Source: the human T2T-CHM13v2.0 reference genome, Homo sapiens. From it: a DNA stretch of 64,000 bases. Below are positions 58,498 to 64,000 of the stretch, piece by piece (position 1 is the stretch's first letter; each line of letters begins with the position of its first letter). The stretch is taken from assembly GCF_009914755.1 (NCBI RefSeq), contig NC_060932.1, one strand, 5' to 3'. The translations under genes were made by a program, and so were the position numbers. The notes under the pieces are model-generated. The model was not told the DNA's origin, ran no database searches, and was given only the letters and a program-made list of their open reading frames with translations.

Positions 58498-59424
58498 GTG
58501 AGATCGCACCCGGTCCCTGTCTTTTTGAAAAAAATGTGCAACACATTTTCTATTGTAAATTTCTTGCTTCTCTCTGTTGAAGAGGTAAAGCATTACTCCA
58601 GTGCCTACCTAGTAAATTTATGGGTCTAGTTATTTTTTTCAAAACTCTAAAATTTTTCCTAAATGCACATGTTGTCAAAACAATTCCCTAAATTTGATGA
58701 GTAATTTAGGAAAGGACAACAAATAGGCTTTGGAAATACGTGAACATGAAAAGCAATGATGAGAAAAGTATGTTAGTATATGATTTTGGCTTGAATCTGT
58801 GGATGTTTGTGCAGCAGGTAAAAGATACTGCAAGCTGTATTTATACTGGTCATGAGTGAAAAGGATAGTTTACAGATTCTTTGTTAGTGTTCATTGCTGG
58901 ATAAGTACATCTACATGCAGGATTCGTTAGTTTAACTACAAATTAAAATAATTCTTATGTGACAATTTTCTTGAGGTGTAGAGAGTTCTAAAAATAATTT
59001 ACTCTTTTTTTTCCTTCTGAAGAATTGGAGTAAATTTCTGCAGAAGCTTTTATATGAGTAATTCTTAGATAAAGTTACACTTTAAAAAATCTCATGAGAA
59101 TCGACCAACTACATAAATCTGGAGTCTACCATAGTAGCTAAATTTTTGACTTGTTCTAAGTAAACATTTGAACTTTTAATTTCACCCATTAATAACAAAA
59201 CCACATGTGTGTGGACAGTTGTTTTGAATATTTCTCTATCTGCTTTTCTAAGATTTTGCTGACATTTCAGAAAGCAAGTGTCATTTTGGGAAGTTTCTTT
59301 TTTGTCAAGATAGTTTTGAGGCAAAAAGCAAAGCCACTGCACCTCTTTATTGATTTCTTCATGTCTGAATTCAAAATGTCAATAGTTTCATTGATATGTG
59401 TGATTATTTTGAAAAGACGGCCAT

Positions 59425-60500
59425 TATGGAACAGTTTTAGATTTACAGATAGTTTTCAAAGATGATATGTGGAATTCTCATATAACTTCTCATATATCTC
59501 ATATACCACTGATTTTCCCCCAATGTAGACATCTTACATATCTTCAGTACATTTCTCAAAATTATGAAAATATCATTGATACAATACTATTGGTTAAACT
59601 ACAGACTGCATTTGGATTTCATCGGTTTTCCTGTAATGTCCCTTTTCTGTTCCAGGATCTTATCCAGGATACCATGTTGCATTTACTCAACATATCTCCT
59701 TTTTCTCCTTTGAACTGTAACCTTTTTAGCCTTTTCCTTTTTTGTGTGATTTTTGAGTGTTTTGAAGAGTACTAGTCAGGTATTTTGTAGGATGTCTCTG
59801 TATTTGAGTTCGTCCGATGTTTTCTTATGATTACATAGTACTATGGTTTAGGGGAAAAACACCACAGGAGTAAAGCGCCCCTCTCTTTACATCATAGGAA
59901 AGGGTACTTGGGTACCTAAAATCAACATGACTTATTGCTTGTGGTGTTAACCCTGATCACTTAGGTGTTAAGGTGATGTCTGCCAAGTTTCTCCACTGTT
60001 AAGTTAGTATTTTTCCCTTTCCATATTCTATTATTTGGAAGTAAGTCATTAATTCCAGCTCACACTCAGGAAGAGGAGAATTAAGCTTTACCACCCAGAA
60101 ATGAAAATTATTGAAATGTATTATTTGAAATTCTTCTGTAAGAATGATTTTCCCCTCCCCACCCCATTTATTTATTTGTTCAAAAATTTACTTATAACAA
60201 TTGTGTAATTGTGCATATTGATTTTAATTTTTTGGTCTAATTCTTTGGCTCCAATACTATTATTATTCATTTGTTGCTAAAATCGTTGTAGCTTTGGCCA
60301 TTAGAAGCTCTTTCAGGTTGGCTCCTATGTTCTGACATGCTCCCGTCCATATTTTGTGTGGTGGTGGTTGTTTTGTAACTTTCTGTCAAAACAAACGCTT
60401 CAAGTTCATCATACATTTAATATTTTCTGGTCTTTAATATGTCAATTCTCCAAGATGCCCTGGTTCATTTCATCGGATTATGTCATTTGGAAAAAAAATC
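59425..60500 (-). mobile_element. L1MC4/5-type 3' UTR (copy 1)
   Basis: ACAGTTTTAGATTTACAG...CTTTTCTGTTCCAGGATC...CAGGTATTTTGTAGGATGTC...GCTTTGGCCATTAGAAGCTCTTTCAG. Confidence 0.85.
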
Positions 60501-60519
60501 TGTAATTTAAGACATTTTA

Positions 60520-61310
60520 AAATAAACATTTTACTTCAGAACAGTGTTAGATTTACAAAAAGAAAATGTGATGGTAGTACAAAGAGTTCCCATATACCCT
60601 GTACATAGTTTCCTGTATTTTTAACAAATTATATTTATTATAATTAATGAACAAATATTGCTACATTAGGATTAACTAAAGTCTGTACTTAATCAGATTT
60701 CCTGAGTTATCCAGTGTCCTTTTCTGTTCCAGGGTCACATCTGAGATAATTACTTTACATTTAGCATCATGTCTTCGTAGGCTCCTATGTAGGCTGCAAC
60801 AGTTTTTCAGGCTTTTGTTATTTTCGGTGACCTTGACAGGTTTTAGGAATACTGGGTCAGATGTTTTGCGGGATGTCCCTTTTAAAGATTTGTCTGATAT
60901 TTTCCTATTGATTATCCTGGGGTGATATGATTCTGAAAAGAAGACCACAGAGGTGGGGTGCCATTTTCATCACATCTTATCAAGGGCACGTGGGGTCAAC
61001 GTGATTTGTCATTGTTGATGTTGGCCTAGATCACATGGTTGAGGCAGTACTTGTCAGGTTTCTCCAGGTTAAAGCTACTCTTCCTATACTTCTTTCCATA
61101 CTGTCGTCTTTGGAAGATAGATACTGTCTGCAGCCCACACTTAAGAAGTGGAAAGTTGTATTCTACCTCCTTGGGGGCAGAGTATCTACATGAATTATTT
61201 GTAATTTTTCTGCATGCGATATTTGTCTAATATAATAAATGTCTCCCTCATTTATTTATTTATTCAAACTTTATATGAGTATGGACTTGGGGATATTTAT
61301 TTTATAAATT
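60520..61310 (-). mobile_element. L1MC-type 3' UTR (copy 2)
   Basis: AGAACAGTGTTAGATTTACA...CTTTTCTGTTCCAGGG...GACCACAGAGG...TGCCATTTTCATCACATC...CAGCCCACACTTAAG. Confidence 0.85.
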
Positions 61311-62300
61311 GAGTCTATCCACATCTACTTTATTTCTTTTCTTTCTCAAATTATTCTGGCTTTGGATAACAAAAAAATGATTTTTACTATATTTCAGGAA
61401 TAACTTCATATACACTCGGAGTTTATGCCTGCTGAAACAAATTATCTTCAGTAATAATTTACTGCTTGATTGTGCCTTTTTATAAGTCAGGCACAGCAGT
61501 AAATACTTCCAACATATTTTTAATCCCTGAAACACTGCAAGAAATCTCAAAGATGTGTAAACAGGGGCCCAGCTTTCTTATCTCTAACATTTTATAGACA
61601 TGTCTAGTTGCACCCAGTTGTTTGAGGCATATTCCAAAACTAGATTTGAAAAGTAAAATAGTTTAATTAGGTGTCATAGATTCCTGTGTCTGAAACTAAA
61701 CTAATAGTTGGGAAATTTCACATCAATTGTCTTGTTAACGTTGTCAATTTTTAAATTTGAAGTAGTAACTAACATTTTATGCAAATTACTGTGTCATAAT
61801 TGTCTATAGCAGATATAGGCATTAAACTTAAATATCATGGGTATGAAAATTAGCTTAAAAAGTGGAAAATAAGTTTGATATAAAGTCTCAAAGGTTCGCC
61901 ATCCTTCACAGTGAATAATTTTTTCAGATCATGCATATGTTTCAAATGTCTTGTTAGACTTTCACTCAAGTGAAAACTATGCTTATAATTATGTGAACTA
62001 GAATCTGTCTCTTTGATGAAAACAGAATATTTTTATACAGTTTTAATATACACTGAATTTTTCCAGGGATGCAACTACCACATAAAATGAGGAAAGGTTT
62101 TGGTTAAAACTTAACAAAGCATTGTTTACGTTTTTAATGATGTTTTTGTGTGAATTGATAGTTTGTTTCTTTTTGCTGCTTAGTATCCCAAACCACTGAA
62201 TTTTATCTTGAGTATTTAATAGTTAATCAATATGGCATCCTCATTATAATAGCAAGGAACAAGGAAAGGAAAGTAATTTATAATAAAACTGCATTTCTGA

Positions 62301-62904
<604 letters not shown>

Positions 62905-63693
62905 AACCACACAAACAAACAAACAACAAAAAAACTGCATTTCTGTCAGTTAATACTCTGAATTGACTACACCAGGAGAAAAAATGAAGTGTTTCGATGA
63001 TTGTTGAACATATTTATAATAAAACATTTGGGATGAAGAGAATAACAACAATTAGAAGAAAAGTGAAAGTGTCAGAAAAAGTATTAACAAAGCAAAGTAA
63101 TTTGTATGTAATAAGAGAAAAATGAAAATAATTGGGGTAAGACTATTGTTCCAAGAAAATTAATAGCTGCTGAAGGGGAGAAACAAGGAAGTATAATATT
63201 CTTGCAAATATACTGGACTTTATTTTCAAATTTAAGCATCAAATTCTTGACATTATGTTACGAGACAAGCTTTTGATAGCAAATATTTTTGTCTAAAATC
63301 ACACCATGTGTCAAGGCAATCATTCAGTCTTTAGTTCTTAAAAATAACCTAAACACTGTATATTCAGTATTTGATAGGAAACAGACATTAGGTTGGAACA
63401 AAGATAAAATGATAAAAGAGCCTATGTTCTAAACCTCTAGGGACCATATTAGAGAAAGATTAAAAAATAGTGCACAACACAAAAATGTGTCTTAAATATA
63501 TAGTTGTAGCAAAATATATTACTTACCATTGTGCTATAATACATTTCAGATATTTAGTATGATAATGATATGAAACATTTTAAAACATTTATTAGCCTCA
63601 TTAATGAAATTTCATGAGATCCCTGGATTTAATATTTCATTCACATGATGGAAAGAGTCTCCGGTCACCTCTGTTATCCATATATAGTTGGTT

Positions 63694-63743
63694 TCATCTG
63701 TTTTGCCGTAGCTGCAGTACATCTGTGAAAAACTTGTCAGCTA
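63694..63743 (-). CDS. Candidate final coding exon segment of an unidentified minus-strand host gene (xADKFFTDVLQLRQNR*)
   Basis: Acceptor TTTTTATTCTTACAG before 63743, short open frame to TGA at 63696-63694, AATAAA at 63593-63588; non-repeat sequence. Gene not recognised and could be chance. Confidence 0.35.
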
Positions 63744-64000
63744 CTGTAAGAATAAAAATGCTACTTTTTTTCCAAAAATGTGTATATGAAAGCCTTCACT
63801 AGATTCAAATGTTTGATAATTCAACTTTGCTCTCAAGGGTATCTTTTAGCTCGATTAACACTTTCTGTAAAAGTTGGCTAGTATGTTCCAACTCTATTTC
63901 AAATTAATTAATATCCTAACCTCCTATTTAAGTTCATATGGATCTTTAAGTACAAAGATCATATTTTTTAATAGCCTCCACATGAGAACATATTATTTAC

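Noticed and set aside
59425-61310. Two similar adjacent blocks resembling a 1-kb tandem duplication
   Set aside because: Both are L1MC-type 3' ends and too diverged from each other; independent insertions are the simpler explanation.
61381-61500. Plus-strand acceptor-like site and possible coding exon
   Set aside because: All frames close quickly, there is no good donor and no recognisable peptide.

Overview
Repeat-dense, AT-rich primate DNA, almost certainly human (it contains a near-consensus AluYb element and an L1PA2-type LINE). It is mostly a layered record of retrotransposition: a decayed class I ERV interior (1-4137), many MIR/L2/MaLR/hAT relics, a long old L1MA (about 33.3-41.1 kb, minus strand) with nested insertions, a full-length L1PA2-like element (42148-48189, minus; ORF1 and antisense ORF0 intact, ORF2 with three frameshifts), a twin-primed inverted L1 fragment, about ten Alus and a 34-nt U2 snRNA retrocopy. 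The only candidate host-gene sequence is a possible minus-strand exon near 63.5-63.7 kb, which I cannot assign to a gene. Most ORFs in the supplied track are repeat or low-complexity artefacts. I found no evidence of a new biological system. The most interesting signals are insertion-mechanism scars: a probable 5' transduction on the full-length L1, a young AluYb nested in the tail of an AluYd-type element, a possible Alu 3' transduction and several deletion junctions. Repeat subfamily names come from my recall of consensus sequences and need RepeatMasker/Dfam confirmation; boundaries of old repeats are approximate.
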